From positions 14,131 through 78,130 of the forward strand of contig JANRLW010000014.1 of NCBI GenBank assembly GCA_033762295.1: 64,000 nucleotides of DNA, read 5' to 3'. The notes below the pieces were generated by a model, which saw only the letters and a list, made by a program, of their open reading frames with translations, was not told the origin of the DNA and searched no databases. The stretch's first letter is position 1, and the number at the start of each line of letters is the position of its first letter. The stretch comes from Capsulimonadales bacterium. GTDB taxonomy: Bacteria; Armatimonadota; Armatimonadia; Armatimonadales; Armatimonadaceae. The position numbers and the translations under genes were made by a program. Below are positions 17,461 through 29,090 of this stretch, one piece after another.

Positions 17461-19557
17461 GTGCGTCGGAGGACGGCAATAATACGGATTGTGAACATAT
17501 CCCGATCCGCCGATACAGACACCCGTCAGTTACCTGTTTTAACGATACCCGACGAAAACGGGTCGTTCGAAACCGGAGCGACGGAAACTCCGCAGGATGC
17601 CGGTCCTGCCCTTCGTCTTGACCGGATCGTTCAGGCTGCAATCACCGCTCTGACGCTTCTGATCTACGGGATGACGATGTGCCGGACGCTTTACACCGGC
17701 GACGACGGTGATTTTCTGACCGCCATGGCGACGGGCGGGAACTGCCATCCGACCGGGTATCCGCTGTTTCTCCTGCTCGGAAAGGCCGCGCTCTTTCTAT
17801 TCGCGCCGTTTTTCCCGGAACCCGCTGCCCGGGTCAACCTGCTGACCGTGCTCTGCGGCAGTCTCGCGGTCGGCTTTTTTTATCGCTTCCTCGTATCCCT
17901 CCGGCAGGAACGCTACCTCGCCGCTACCGGCGCGCTGGTGCTCGCCTTCTCGCCCACCCTCTGGCAGCAAAGCCTGTCGGTGGAAATCTATGCGTTGACC
18001 GCCGCCTTTCTCTGCGGTCTACTCTGGGCGGCGGCGGCGTGGTGGGAGAAACCGACCGAAAACGGACCCCTTCTGCGGATGGCGGCGGTTTACGGCCTCT
18101 CCTGCACCAACCATATGACGATGGCCCTTTTTCTTCCCGGGTTCCTCCTGCTGGTTCTCTATCGTCGGCGGACGCTCCTGGGTCGGGACTGGCGGGTGCT
18201 GATCGGCCTGGCCGGGCTGTTTTTGCTGCCGCTCCTTCTCTACCTGTACCTGCCCTGGGCCGCCCATCGCAATCCCCCGGTCAACTGGGGGGACCCGTCC
18301 ACTCCTGCCGCCCTCTGGGAAACGGTCACCGGGAAACAGTATCGAACCTCCATGTTCCGTTCGGCGAGTGTTTTTCAAACCCATGCCGAGGGTTATTTCC
18401 GGCTGGCGGGCGAGTCGGGACCGGGCCTCCTCGCAAAGGAGTTCGGGTTCCACTTCCTCTGGCTGATCCCGGTCGGGCTGTTCGCGATGGCGGCGCGCGG
18501 ACCGCGCCACGTCTTGCTTCTCGTGGCCTGGGTCGCCGCCGTCAACCTGCTCTTTTCCTTCAACTACAATATTTTCGACATCTACGTCTATTACATTCCG
18601 TCGTATATCGTTGCCACGACCTGGATCGTGTTCGGTATGTCCTTCCTGGTGACGGCGGCTTTCGACCGTTTCCGGTGGACCCCCGAACAACGCCGCCATT
18701 ACTCCATACTGCTCGCCGTCATCCTTCCGGCGGTCCCGGTCGTCAACCTCTCGATCAATTACGTCACCAACGACCGCAGCGGCAACCGGCTGGAGTACGA
18801 TTTCACCTACAACATCCTGCGCTCGGCTCCGAAAAACGCCATCATTACGACGATCGGTTCGACCACCTACTTTTCGCTCTGGTATCGGAAGTATGTCCTG
18901 GGAGAGCGTCCCGACGTCGTGATTGTCAATGTCAACCTGCTGGCCGCTTCGCTCGCGCAACGCGCCTGGTACTACCGTCATCTTCGCCAGCAGTATCCCG
19001 ATATCGACAATACCTATTCCGGCCGACGGGCCACCCCCGAGGAAGCGGCGCGAAACGATTTTCTGGTGGCGTTTCTGGAAAGGGCGGCGCGACGCGGCGT
19101 TCCGGTACTCTGGCTGAGCCATGCACAACTCGAAGACCTTCGGATGGACTCATCGACCGAAGTCACTCTGCGCCCGCGGCTCGCCCGGAACTTCGAACGC
19201 CGGGCGTGGGGCATCGTCGAACGACTCTATCCCAAGGATCGTGTTCCGACCGAACGGGAGTTGTATGCGGAAAACCGCCGGATCTGGCCGGACCTGCGAT
19301 TCGGCAACCTGATCGCCTGGGCGCACGCCGACCCCTTCCAGGAGCCGATTCCCATCCGCTACGCCGAAGCCTTCACCGAATGGGGCAAACTCTGCGAGAA
19401 AGTCGGGCAGAATCCACTGGCGGCGGACGCCTACCGGAACGCGCAGTCGCTGTATGTGGTGCCGGAGGCCGGGGAGGGTCTGACCCGTCTGAACGCTCCC
19501 TCCGACCCGGTGACAACGATCGTGACCGTTCCGCCGGACGGTTCGCCCACCCCCTGA
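17461..19557 (+). CDS. DUF2723 / TMEM260-like GT-C membrane glycosyltransferase
   Basis: GDDGDF..HPTGYPLF, WQQSLSVEIY, GLSCTNH, YLYLP..NWGDP; many TMs; start uncertain (possibly GTG 17491). Confidence 0.8.
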   Translation: MRRRTAIIRIVNISRSADTDTRQLPVLTIPDENGSFETGATETPQDAGPALRLDRIVQAAITALTLLIYGMTMCRTLYTGDDGDFLTAMATGGNCHPTGYPLFLLLGKAALFLFAPFFPEPAARVNLLTVLCGSLAVGFFYRFLVSLRQERYLAATGALVLAFSPTLWQQSLSVEIYALTAAFLCGLLWAAAAWWEKPTENGPLLRMAAVYGLSCTNHMTMALFLPGFLLLVLYRRRTLLGRDWRVLIGLAGLFLLPLLLYLYLPWAAHRNPPVNWGDPSTPAALWETVTGKQYRTSMFRSASVFQTHAEGYFRLAGESGPGLLAKEFGFHFLWLIPVGLFAMAARGPRHVLLLVAWVAAVNLLFSFNYNIFDIYVYYIPSYIVATTWIVFGMSFLVTAAFDRFRWTPEQRRHYSILLAVILPAVPVVNLSINYVTNDRSGNRLEYDFTYNILRSAPKNAIITTIGSTTYFSLWYRKYVLGERPDVVIVNVNLLAASLAQRAWYYRHLRQQYPDIDNTYSGRRATPEEAARNDFLVAFLERAARRGVPVLWLSHAQLEDLRMDSSTEVTLRPRLARNFERRAWGIVERLYPKDRVPTERELYAENRRIWPDLRFGNLIAWAHADPFQEPIPIRYAEAFTEWGKLCEKVGQNPLAADAYRNAQSLYVVPEAGEGLTRLNAPSDPVTTIVTVPPDGSPTP

Positions 19558-19560
19558 ACG

Positions 19561-19605
19561 TCTGACCGGTCTGAGCTACCGGACCTGACGGATCCGTCTG
19601 ATCGG
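19561..19605. repeat. Degenerate 9-bp tandem repeat (5 units)
   Basis: tctgaccgg/tctgagcta/ccggacctg/acggatccg/tctgatcgg, intergenic. Confidence 0.55.
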
Positions 19606-19721
19606 GCCATGCGTCGTCCGCACAGGCCACCGGGCCGAATCCTTACCAAACGCCGGATTCGCACGATATAACGGATAACCGTAAGGACTTCCGACAAAGG
19701 ATTCGTGACAGGTAGGCACTC

Positions 19722-21260
19722 ATGGCAGCACAATCGATGGATCAGATCGTTTCTCTCTGCAAGCGGCGCGGCTTCATTTTTCCCGGCAGCGAGATCTACG
19801 GTGGCCTTCAGGGCACGTTCGATTACGGTCCCCTGGGCGTCGAACTGAAGAACAACCTGAAACGGCTGTGGTGGAAGCATAACGTCTACGGCCGGGACGA
19901 TATGGAGGGCATCGAGACCGCCCTTCTGACCAATCGCTACGTCCTGCGGTATTCCGGTCATGAGCGTGGGTTCACCGATCCGCTAATCGATAACAAGGTC
20001 ACCAAAAAGCGGTATCGTTTCGACCACCTGCTGAAGGAACAGAAGCCCGAGACCCTTCAGGCCTTGGCGACGGCCGCCCACGTGCCGTACACCGCGGATT
20101 TGGACGAGTTAACGGCGTCCCTGCTGGAAGACCCGGAGGCGACCCGGTCCGCGATGAACCAGGTCAGAGTCATCGATCCGCAGGACGGCAAGCCCGGCGA
20201 CTGGACCCCGCCCCGCTCGTTCAACCTGATGTTCAAGACGCAGGTCGGCCCGGTCGCCGATGACGAGTCGTTCGCCTATCTTCGCCCGGAGACGGCGCAG
20301 GGCATGTTCGTCAATTTCAAGAACGTTCTGGATTCGACCAACCGGAAACTGCCGTTCGGCATCGCGCAGATGGGCAAATCGTTTCGGAACGAGATCACGC
20401 CCCGGAACTTCCTGTTTCGTGTGCGCGAACTGGAGCAGATGGAGATCGAGTACTTCGTCCGCCCCGGCGAGGACGAGGCGATTCACGAGGAGTGGATCCG
20501 CGACCATACGGATTGGTGGGTCAACGCCGTCGGTTTGAAGCGAGAAAACCTGAAGCATTACGAACACGTCAAACTGGCGCACTACTCCAAACGAACGGTG
20601 GATATTCTCTACAACTTCCCCACGCTCGGCTTCGATGAACTGGAGGGTATCGCCAATCGGACCGACTGGGACCTGGGTTCGCACTCGCGCGACCAGGCGA
20701 ATTTGCCGCTGTCCGAAAACACGGCGCAGAGAGCAATGCGAAACGAGCATTCGATCGAGAAACTGACCTATTTCGACCATACGACCAACAAGCATATCGT
20801 TCCGTTCGTCATCGAACCGGCGGCGGGCGTGGACCGGGGCGTTCTGGCCGCGCTCTGCGAGGCGTATGACGAGGAGGTCGTGGACGCCGACAAGGGCGAT
20901 GTTCGGACGGTGCTCCGATTGAAGCCCGCGCTTGCGCCGATCAAGGTTGCCGTGCTGCCGCTCGCGAAAAACAAGCCCGAAATCGTCAGCAAAGCGAAGG
21001 AGATCAAAAACCTTCTGCAGTCCGTCGGCGAGATGCGGGCCGTCTACGATGACACGGCGGCGATCGGCAAGTTGTATCGCCGACAGGACGAGGCGGGAAC
21101 GCCGTTCTGTGTGACGGTGGACTACGATACCCTCGGACAGTCGCGTGACGGTTCGACCGCGTTAACCGATACGGTGACGGTCCGCGACCGGGATTCGATG
21201 AGTCAGGAGCGAGTCGCGATCCACGAACTGTACGATTACGTCCGCGAACGCATGAAGTAA
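19722..21260 (+). CDS. glyQS: Glycine--tRNA ligase, homodimeric alpha2 type
   Basis: [43 protein letters not shown]-terminal anticodon-binding domain. Confidence 0.97.
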   Translation: MAAQSMDQIVSLCKRRGFIFPGSEIYGGLQGTFDYGPLGVELKNNLKRLWWKHNVYGRDDMEGIETALLTNRYVLRYSGHERGFTDPLIDNKVTKKRYRFDHLLKEQKPETLQALATAAHVPYTADLDELTASLLEDPEATRSAMNQVRVIDPQDGKPGDWTPPRSFNLMFKTQVGPVADDESFAYLRPETAQGMFVNFKNVLDSTNRKLPFGIAQMGKSFRNEITPRNFLFRVRELEQMEIEYFVRPGEDEAIHEEWIRDHTDWWVNAVGLKRENLKHYEHVKLAHYSKRTVDILYNFPTLGFDELEGIANRTDWDLGSHSRDQANLPLSENTAQRAMRNEHSIEKLTYFDHTTNKHIVPFVIEPAAGVDRGVLAALCEAYDEEVVDADKGDVRTVLRLKPALAPIKVAVLPLAKNKPEIVSKAKEIKNLLQSVGEMRAVYDDTAAIGKLYRRQDEAGTPFCVTVDYDTLGQSRDGSTALTDTVTVRDRDSMSQERVAIHELYDYVRERMK

Positions 21261-21333
21261 CGGGGGTCGGAACCGATTTACCGGGGGAGCGAGCCATCGA
21301 TTTCCTTCCCCGGTTTATCGATAGTCAGGTGAT

Positions 21334-21347
21334 GTAAAACGTTTAAC
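21334..21347. promoter_or_regulatory. LacI-family-type operator
   Basis: GTAAAACGTTTAAC near-palindrome with AAACGTTT core, upstream of TTGACA promoter at 21383. Confidence 0.55.
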
Positions 21348-21622
21348 CTGCGATAACGATCCCCATTTTCTTTCATTTTCTCTTGACAGACGGGCCGGAG
21401 TTGGGTAGATATTAACTGAACTGACCATGGAGGCCGGTCCGATGGGCGCGATGTCTTCCGCGCCGAATCCGCTTTCCCTCACGTGGTTTTTTTCCGGGTC
21501 GTGACCGGGTCGTCCGATTCCGAATTTCAAGGTCGTTTCTCCGGCTCTGCGAGAGAAACCGTCGTTGCCCGACCACAGGTTATCGTGTTCCTCACATTAA
21601 TTGAGGCAGGAAGGATGGTTCC

Positions 21623-22420
21623 ATGAACCGTAAGTATGGCTTTACGCTGATCGAACTGCTCGTCGTTATCGCTATTATCGCTATTCTTGCTGCGATTCTC
21701 TTCCCCGTCTTTGCTCAGGCGCGCGAAAAAGCCCGCCAGATCTCCTGCCTTTCGAACCTGCGTCAGCTAGGTGTCGCTCTTCGGATGTATCAGCAGGACT
21801 CCGACGAAATGGTAATGCCGGGTTATTCCTACCGGGAGACGGCTGCCGGACCGCGCACCCTTCTGCTGTGGTACCCGGACATCCTGAACCCGTATGTCAA
21901 GAACGCCCAGGTGTTCCTCTGCCCGAGCCGTTCGAACCTTACGACGAGCCTCCGCGACTCGCTGCCGCCGGGTCGTGGCCCCGGTCTCCGGGAGCTGCAG
22001 TGGTCCTATGCGTTCAACAACTCCTGGGACTGCTGCGGCAATCTCGACACCCAGCGGGCGGCTCTCGGCAACCGGGGCTGGCGCGGCGATGCCCTCGGCC
22101 GGTACTATCCGTATCCGACCGAAGCGGCGTTCGATCGCCCCGCGGACTATATTACGATGTTCGACGGCTGCACCATGCAGATGTGGGCAGCGGCGTTCCC
22201 GGAGCCGAACCAGGGGGCGAATACGGTCCTTGGTTACGACTTCCTGGCCGGCGCGGAGCGGCAGAGCGCGGCCTGGGGCCGCTGCAAGGCGAGCCTTCGC
22301 CTGGCGCATAACGACGGGTTCAATCTGGTCTTCATGGATGGCCATGCCAAATGGCAGCGGCAGACGACGCTCGATCAGTGGGCGGTTCGTCCGGGCGCGG
22401 ATTGGTCCTGGGCCGACTGA
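21623..22420 (+). CDS. DUF1559 prepilin-type N-methylation protein with H-X9-DG C-terminus
   Basis: [56 protein letters not shown]. Confidence 0.92.
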   Translation: MNRKYGFTLIELLVVIAIIAILAAILFPVFAQAREKARQISCLSNLRQLGVALRMYQQDSDEMVMPGYSYRETAAGPRTLLLWYPDILNPYVKNAQVFLCPSRSNLTTSLRDSLPPGRGPGLRELQWSYAFNNSWDCCGNLDTQRAALGNRGWRGDALGRYYPYPTEAAFDRPADYITMFDGCTMQMWAAAFPEPNQGANTVLGYDFLAGAERQSAAWGRCKASLRLAHNDGFNLVFMDGHAKWQRQTTLDQWAVRPGADWSWAD

Positions 22421-22471
22421 TCGCACTGCCGCCCGTCTCCTCTAGGTGGGACGGGCGGAGAGGAAGAAACC

Positions 22472-22717
22472 GTGAAAAAGGAAGTAAATCCGATCGTCAT
22501 CGTGGTTGCTCTGGTCGCCGTGGTGGGCGTCGTCGCCGTCCTGTATTTCCGAGGGACGGCGACCCCGCCTCCGGTCGAAGCGGACCCGCTCGGCATCAAC
22601 GACTCCAGGCCGGGCCGACCGAAGGAACCGAAGGACCGGGGGGCCGACGGTCCGGGCGGCGTCACCCCGGACATTCAATACATCCGCGAACAGCAACGCA
22701 AACAACAGGGACAGTGA
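22472..22717 (+). CDS. Small membrane-anchored partner of DUF1559 protein
   Basis: GAGG RBS, GTG start, KKEVNP plus TM helix plus Pro/Gly-rich tail; followed by hairpin. Confidence 0.7.
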   Translation: MKKEVNPIVIVVALVAVVGVVAVLYFRGTATPPPVEADPLGINDSRPGRPKEPKDRGADGPGGVTPDIQYIREQQRKQQGQ

Positions 22718-22755
22718 TTCGAAAGCCCGCCGGAACCCTCTTCGGCGGGCCGTTT

Positions 22756-22771
22756 TGTTTCATGTGAAACA
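22756..22771. promoter_or_regulatory. parS site between two convergent terminators
   Basis: TGTTTCATGTGAAACA. Confidence 0.85.
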
Positions 22772-22826
22772 AAAACGCCGATCGGGATCTGTGCATCCCG
22801 ACCGGCGTTCCCTTTTTGGTCGTCGC

Positions 22827-25146
<2,320 letters not shown>

Positions 25147-25176
25147 CGCGTCCTCCGAATCCGTGGTCGCCCCGGC

Positions 25177-26058
25177 TTACCGGGTGGCCTGCGCCCATGC
25201 CTGCTCGGCCAGTTTCTTCATCACCAGACTCTGTTCCCAGCGGTCGGAGAACTCGCTGCCGTCCGGCAGCGTGATCGCATAGCGCGGCGGTCCCAGTTCG
25301 CTCGCAAACGGGAAGATATCGCCGGGGCCGGCCTCGCGCAACCAGGCGCGAAAAACGGTTTCCCAGAGCCGGACGAAAAACTGAGGCGTCTGTCCGGAAC
25401 CGTCGCCGACATCTACCTGCACCTGTTCCCCGTTGCCGATCCGCCCGTGCATATGGGAGGTCCGCTCCAGAACCGGCATCATGCGATCCGCCGCCCGCTC
25501 CTCCTCCCAGCCATAGAACTCGCCGACGACGACAAAGTGCGACAGGTCGGCGGTGAACCGGATATCGGGCACACGTTCGATCAGGGAGATCGTCTGGGGC
25601 AGGGTTTCCGTGAAGTTGTTACGGTGTGTCTCAACGAAATACGGCAGTCCCTGATCGTTGGCGATCCGGCGTCCCTCCGTCACGAGCCGCGCCACTTCGT
25701 CCGGCGGCGTGAAGGCGTCCGCCGGCTGAGCGAAGACAAAGTCCGCGCCGAGGCGAACCGCCTGTTCGACCACGGTCCGGGTCTGCTCGACCGTAAACGG
25801 GCGATGACCGAGCACCAGACGCAGTCCGTGTCGGTCCAGCGCCGCTTTCACTTCCGCTTCATCCTGGGGTCCCAACCAGCACTCCACACCCTCGAAACCG
25901 GCTTCCCGGACCCTCCGAAACTTTTCGTCCAGGGTCCATTCCTGGGCCGCGTTCATCGGCAGCCGGCGCAGCGACCAGAGCGAATGCTGGACGCGTAAAC
26001 GCGGCGGCGCCTGACTCCCCTCATTCAAACGCAGGACGGGTACGGTTCCCATCGGCAT
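25177..26058 (-). CDS. Xylose-isomerase-like TIM-barrel protein
   Basis: AGFEGVE, VETHR, TADLSHF, HMHGRIG, SELGPPRYAIT. Confidence 0.8.
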   Translation of the reverse strand: MPMGTVPVLRLNEGSQAPPRLRVQHSLWSLRRLPMNAAQEWTLDEKFRRVREAGFEGVECWLGPQDEAEVKAALDRHGLRLVLGHRPFTVEQTRTVVEQAVRLGADFVFAQPADAFTPPDEVARLVTEGRRIANDQGLPYFVETHRNNFTETLPQTISLIERVPDIRFTADLSHFVVVGEFYGWEEERAADRMMPVLERTSHMHGRIGNGEQVQVDVGDGSGQTPQFFVRLWETVFRAWLREAGPGDIFPFASELGPPRYAITLPDGSEFSDRWEQSLVMKKLAEQAWAQATR

Positions 26059-26097
26059 CCTCCTGATGAATGGTCGAGCGCCCGGACCAACCCGCCG

Positions 26098-26565
26098 TTA
26101 TCGGTCGAAAAACGGCTTCGGCGGGGCCTGCTCCGGGCTTTCCGCATGGATCGCAATATGAGAAGGCGTAAAGAGATAGGCCTGATCGGCGACCTTCTCG
26201 ACGTACCCATCAAGGGCGTACGTCACGCCGTTCAGGAAATCGACGAGTCGCTCGGCGACCTCCGGGGCCGTCTTCTCCAGGTTGACGACCTGTGGTTCTC
26301 CCGCTTTCAGGCGATCGGCGACTTTCTGTGTGTCGCCGAAATTGGACACCTGAGTGATGGTGATGCTTCCTTTGATCGAGGCTACCCGGAAGGTATCCCG
26401 GCGCGGAGCGGCGGGCGGCGGTGCCGCCGCCGTCAGGACCGTACCTTCCGGCTCGTAAACGCCCTCCTCCTCGTTCCGACCCCTTACCGAATCCAGCCAA
26501 CGGTTGAAATGGCTACGCAGGCCGCCATTTGTCTGCATATCATCATCGTCTTGTTCGTTATACAT
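26098..26565 (-). CDS. sepF: Cell division protein SepF
   Basis: VVNLE..AERLVDFLNGVTYALDG..YLFTP. Confidence 0.92.
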   Translation of the reverse strand: MYNEQDDDDMQTNGGLRSHFNRWLDSVRGRNEEEGVYEPEGTVLTAAAPPPAAPRRDTFRVASIKGSITITQVSNFGDTQKVADRLKAGEPQVVNLEKTAPEVAERLVDFLNGVTYALDGYVEKVADQAYLFTPSHIAIHAESPEQAPPKPFFDR

Positions 26566-26675
26566 AACTCCCCCTGGCAATTATACACCTACATTTGGTC
26601 TCATCGATACATGTACACACTACTGCCATATTTACTGAAGACACTCGAACTTCCTGCGAAATCGATCGAAATTTC

Positions 26676-27374
26676 CTAACGTTTGACCGGCCGCTCCCCG
26701 AAAATCGCGCTGCCGATGCGAACGTGGGTCGCCCCCTCGGCAATCGCCGCCTCGAAGTCTCCCGACATGCCCATGGACAGAATCCGGCGGTTCTCCGCCG
26801 GGAGCCGTTCCCATAACGCCCGAATCCGGGCGAAGTAGGCGCGGGCCTCGGTCTCGTTCTCGGAGACCGGCGCGATTCCCATCAGTCCGTGCAACGCGAC
26901 GTGCGGCAGCTGCCCTGCGGCGTCGACCAGCGCAGGCAATGCCTCCGCCGAAATCCCGGTTCGGCGTTCGATATCTGTCAGGTCGACCTCGATCAGAATT
27001 TCCTGTATGCGTTCCCGTTTCGACGCCTGCCGCTCGATCTCCTGCAAAAGTTGATAATTATCAACGCTATGAATCAGCGAAAACAGTTCCGTTGCGTATT
27101 TTACCTTGTTTGATTGTAAATGCCCTATCAAATGCCACTGGATGGAAATATCTGCCTCTTCGCTAAACGAGCTAATTTCCGCGATCTTGACCCGCGCCTC
27201 CTGGACGTAGTTCTCTCCGAAATGGCGCGCACCGGCCGCAATCGCCTCCCGAATCCGCGCCGGTGGCACGGTCTTGGTCACAGCGACCGTTGTGATGTCC
27301 CCGGCCGAACGGCCGACTCTCTCCGCAGCGGCATGAATTCTCTCCCGCACCCGTTGCAGTCGATCGGAAATCAC
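26676..27374 (-). CDS. yggS: PLP homeostasis protein YggS
   Basis: VAVTKT, FGENYVQE, WHLIGHLQSNK, LSMGMSGDFE..RIGSAIFG. Confidence 0.96.
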   Translation of the reverse strand: MISDRLQRVRERIHAAAERVGRSAGDITTVAVTKTVPPARIREAIAAGARHFGENYVQEARVKIAEISSFSEEADISIQWHLIGHLQSNKVKYATELFSLIHSVDNYQLLQEIERQASKRERIQEILIEVDLTDIERRTGISAEALPALVDAAGQLPHVALHGLMGIAPVSENETEARAYFARIRALWERLPAENRRILSMGMSGDFEAAIAEGATHVRIGSAIFGERPVKR

Positions 27375-27513
27375 GGAACCACCCCCTCGAAACAGATTTT
27401 TGAGCAGGAATCGGAACGGGAAGGAGCGACAGTCAGGGACTGTCGCTCCGTTCGGAGGATTATATCGGAAGGGTTCGCCTCCGGCAATGCGACCGGAGGC
27501 CTGGGGACGTCCG

Positions 27514-28221
27514 TCAGGCCGCGCCGTTCGACACGAGCGCCAGCGGCGGTTCGATCGGTACTTTCAGGGTATTCCGCAGTTTCCCCGTTTCCATAAAGGC
27601 CACCCGCTCGGCGATGTTGCAGCAGTGGTCCGCCATTCGCTCGATGTAGTGTGCGACGAACAGCAGATAGCTGGCCTGCATCACCGAATTGGGATCGTTC
27701 TGCATCGTGTATTGAAGCTCCCGGCGCATTCGCGCGTACAGAGCGTCCACCTCGTCATCCGCCGAGATAACGGACTCGACCAGCCGCAAGTCGCGGTGGA
27801 CGAACGCCTCCAGTGCGTCGTGCAGCATCGCCTGGGCCATATCGCCCATGCGGGGAATATCGACCAGCGGCTTATAGACCATTTCTCGGGCCATTCGCTG
27901 GCCGACCCGGGCAATGTCCACCGCATGATCGCCGATCCGCTCAATATCGGTAATCACTTTCAGAGCGGTTCCGACCAGACGCAGGTCCTGAACCAGCGGC
28001 TGCGGACGGGCCATCAGTTGAAGGCACATCAACTCAATTTCCAGATCCATCCGGTCGATGATGTCGTCGCGCGGGATGATGGTCGCCGCCAACGCCATAT
28101 CCTGCGCGGTCAGCGCGATGATGGCATCACGGACGATCTCCTCCGTCGCGGTTCCCATTTCCAGGAGCCGTCGCCGAAGCAGTTCGAGTTCGTCGTCTTT
28201 TCGTTGGCGGTTAGGTGACAT
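27514..28221 (-). CDS. phoU: Phosphate signalling protein PhoU
   Basis: DIERIGDHAVDIA and ERMADHCCNIAE repeats. Confidence 0.95.
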   Translation of the reverse strand: MSPNRQRKDDELELLRRRLLEMGTATEEIVRDAIIALTAQDMALAATIIPRDDIIDRMDLEIELMCLQLMARPQPLVQDLRLVGTALKVITDIERIGDHAVDIARVGQRMAREMVYKPLVDIPRMGDMAQAMLHDALEAFVHRDLRLVESVISADDEVDALYARMRRELQYTMQNDPNSVMQASYLLFVAHYIERMADHCCNIAERVAFMETGKLRNTLKVPIEPPLALVSNGAA

Positions 28222-28241
28222 AATCTCTTCCGTAACGGTTC

Positions 28242-29072
28242 TCAGCCGAACCGGCCCCGAATATAATCATCGGTTTCTTTCTTCTCCGGTGAAGTGAACA
28301 GTCGTTCCGTCGGCCCGAACTCCATAACCACGCCCTTCAGAAAAAACGCGGTGAAATCGGAGACGCGCGCGGCCTGCTGCATGTTATGCGTCACGATGGC
28401 GATCGTGTATTCCTTTTTCAGTTCGAGCATCAGCTCCTCGATCCGGTTGGTGGAGTTCGGATCGAGCGCGGAGCATGGCTCGTCCATCAAAATCACCTCC
28501 GGCCGGGTGGCCAGTGCGCGGGCGATACAGAGCCGCTGCTGCTGGCCTCCCGATAGCGCCAGCGCCGATTGCTTCAGTTTGTCCTTGACCTCGTCCCAGA
28601 GCGCGGCCTGCTGCAAAGACCTTTCGACCAGCTCCTCCAGAGTCCGTCGGTTCGGCCGGGCATCGAGCGTCGGCCCGTAGGCGACGTTATCGAAAATCGA
28701 CTTCGGAAACGGGTTCGGACGCTGGAACACCATGCCGATCCGCTTCCGCAGGGTCGACTTATCGACGACCGGAGCGTAAATATCCTGCCCTTGCAGCAAA
28801 ACGCGCCCTTCCAGACGGGTGTCGGACGCCATCTCCTCGTTCATCCGGTTCAGAACCCGCAAAAAGGTCGATTTCCCGCAACCCGAAGGCCCGATCATCG
28901 CGGTGATCCGGTTGGCGTACAGAGGCAGAGAGACGCTTTTCAGTGCGTGAAAGTCGCCGTAGTAAAAGTTGACGTCGGACGTGTCGATCAGCACCGGCGG
29001 CAGTTCATCCGCCGACGCTTTCGGTTCAGCGACGGTCGAGTTTTCGTTTACAGTTGTAGACGCAATACTCAT
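28242..29072 (-). CDS. pstB: Phosphate ABC transporter ATPase
   Basis: [44 protein letters not shown]. Confidence 0.97.
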   Translation of the reverse strand: MSIASTTVNENSTVAEPKASADELPPVLIDTSDVNFYYGDFHALKSVSLPLYANRITAMIGPSGCGKSTFLRVLNRMNEEMASDTRLEGRVLLQGQDIYAPVVDKSTLRKRIGMVFQRPNPFPKSIFDNVAYGPTLDARPNRRTLEELVERSLQQAALWDEVKDKLKQSALALSGGQQQRLCIARALATRPEVILMDEPCSALDPNSTNRIEELMLELKKEYTIAIVTHNMQQAARVSDFTAFFLKGVVMEFGPTERLFTSPEKKETDDYIRGRFG

Positions 29073-29090
29073 AGGCGTATCGTATCATTC

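Noticed and set aside
2400..17486. Exact 14-mer ACGGCAATAATACG at 2400 and 17473
   Set aside because: A few 14-nt matches are expected by chance in 64 kb; probably just -10-like sequence
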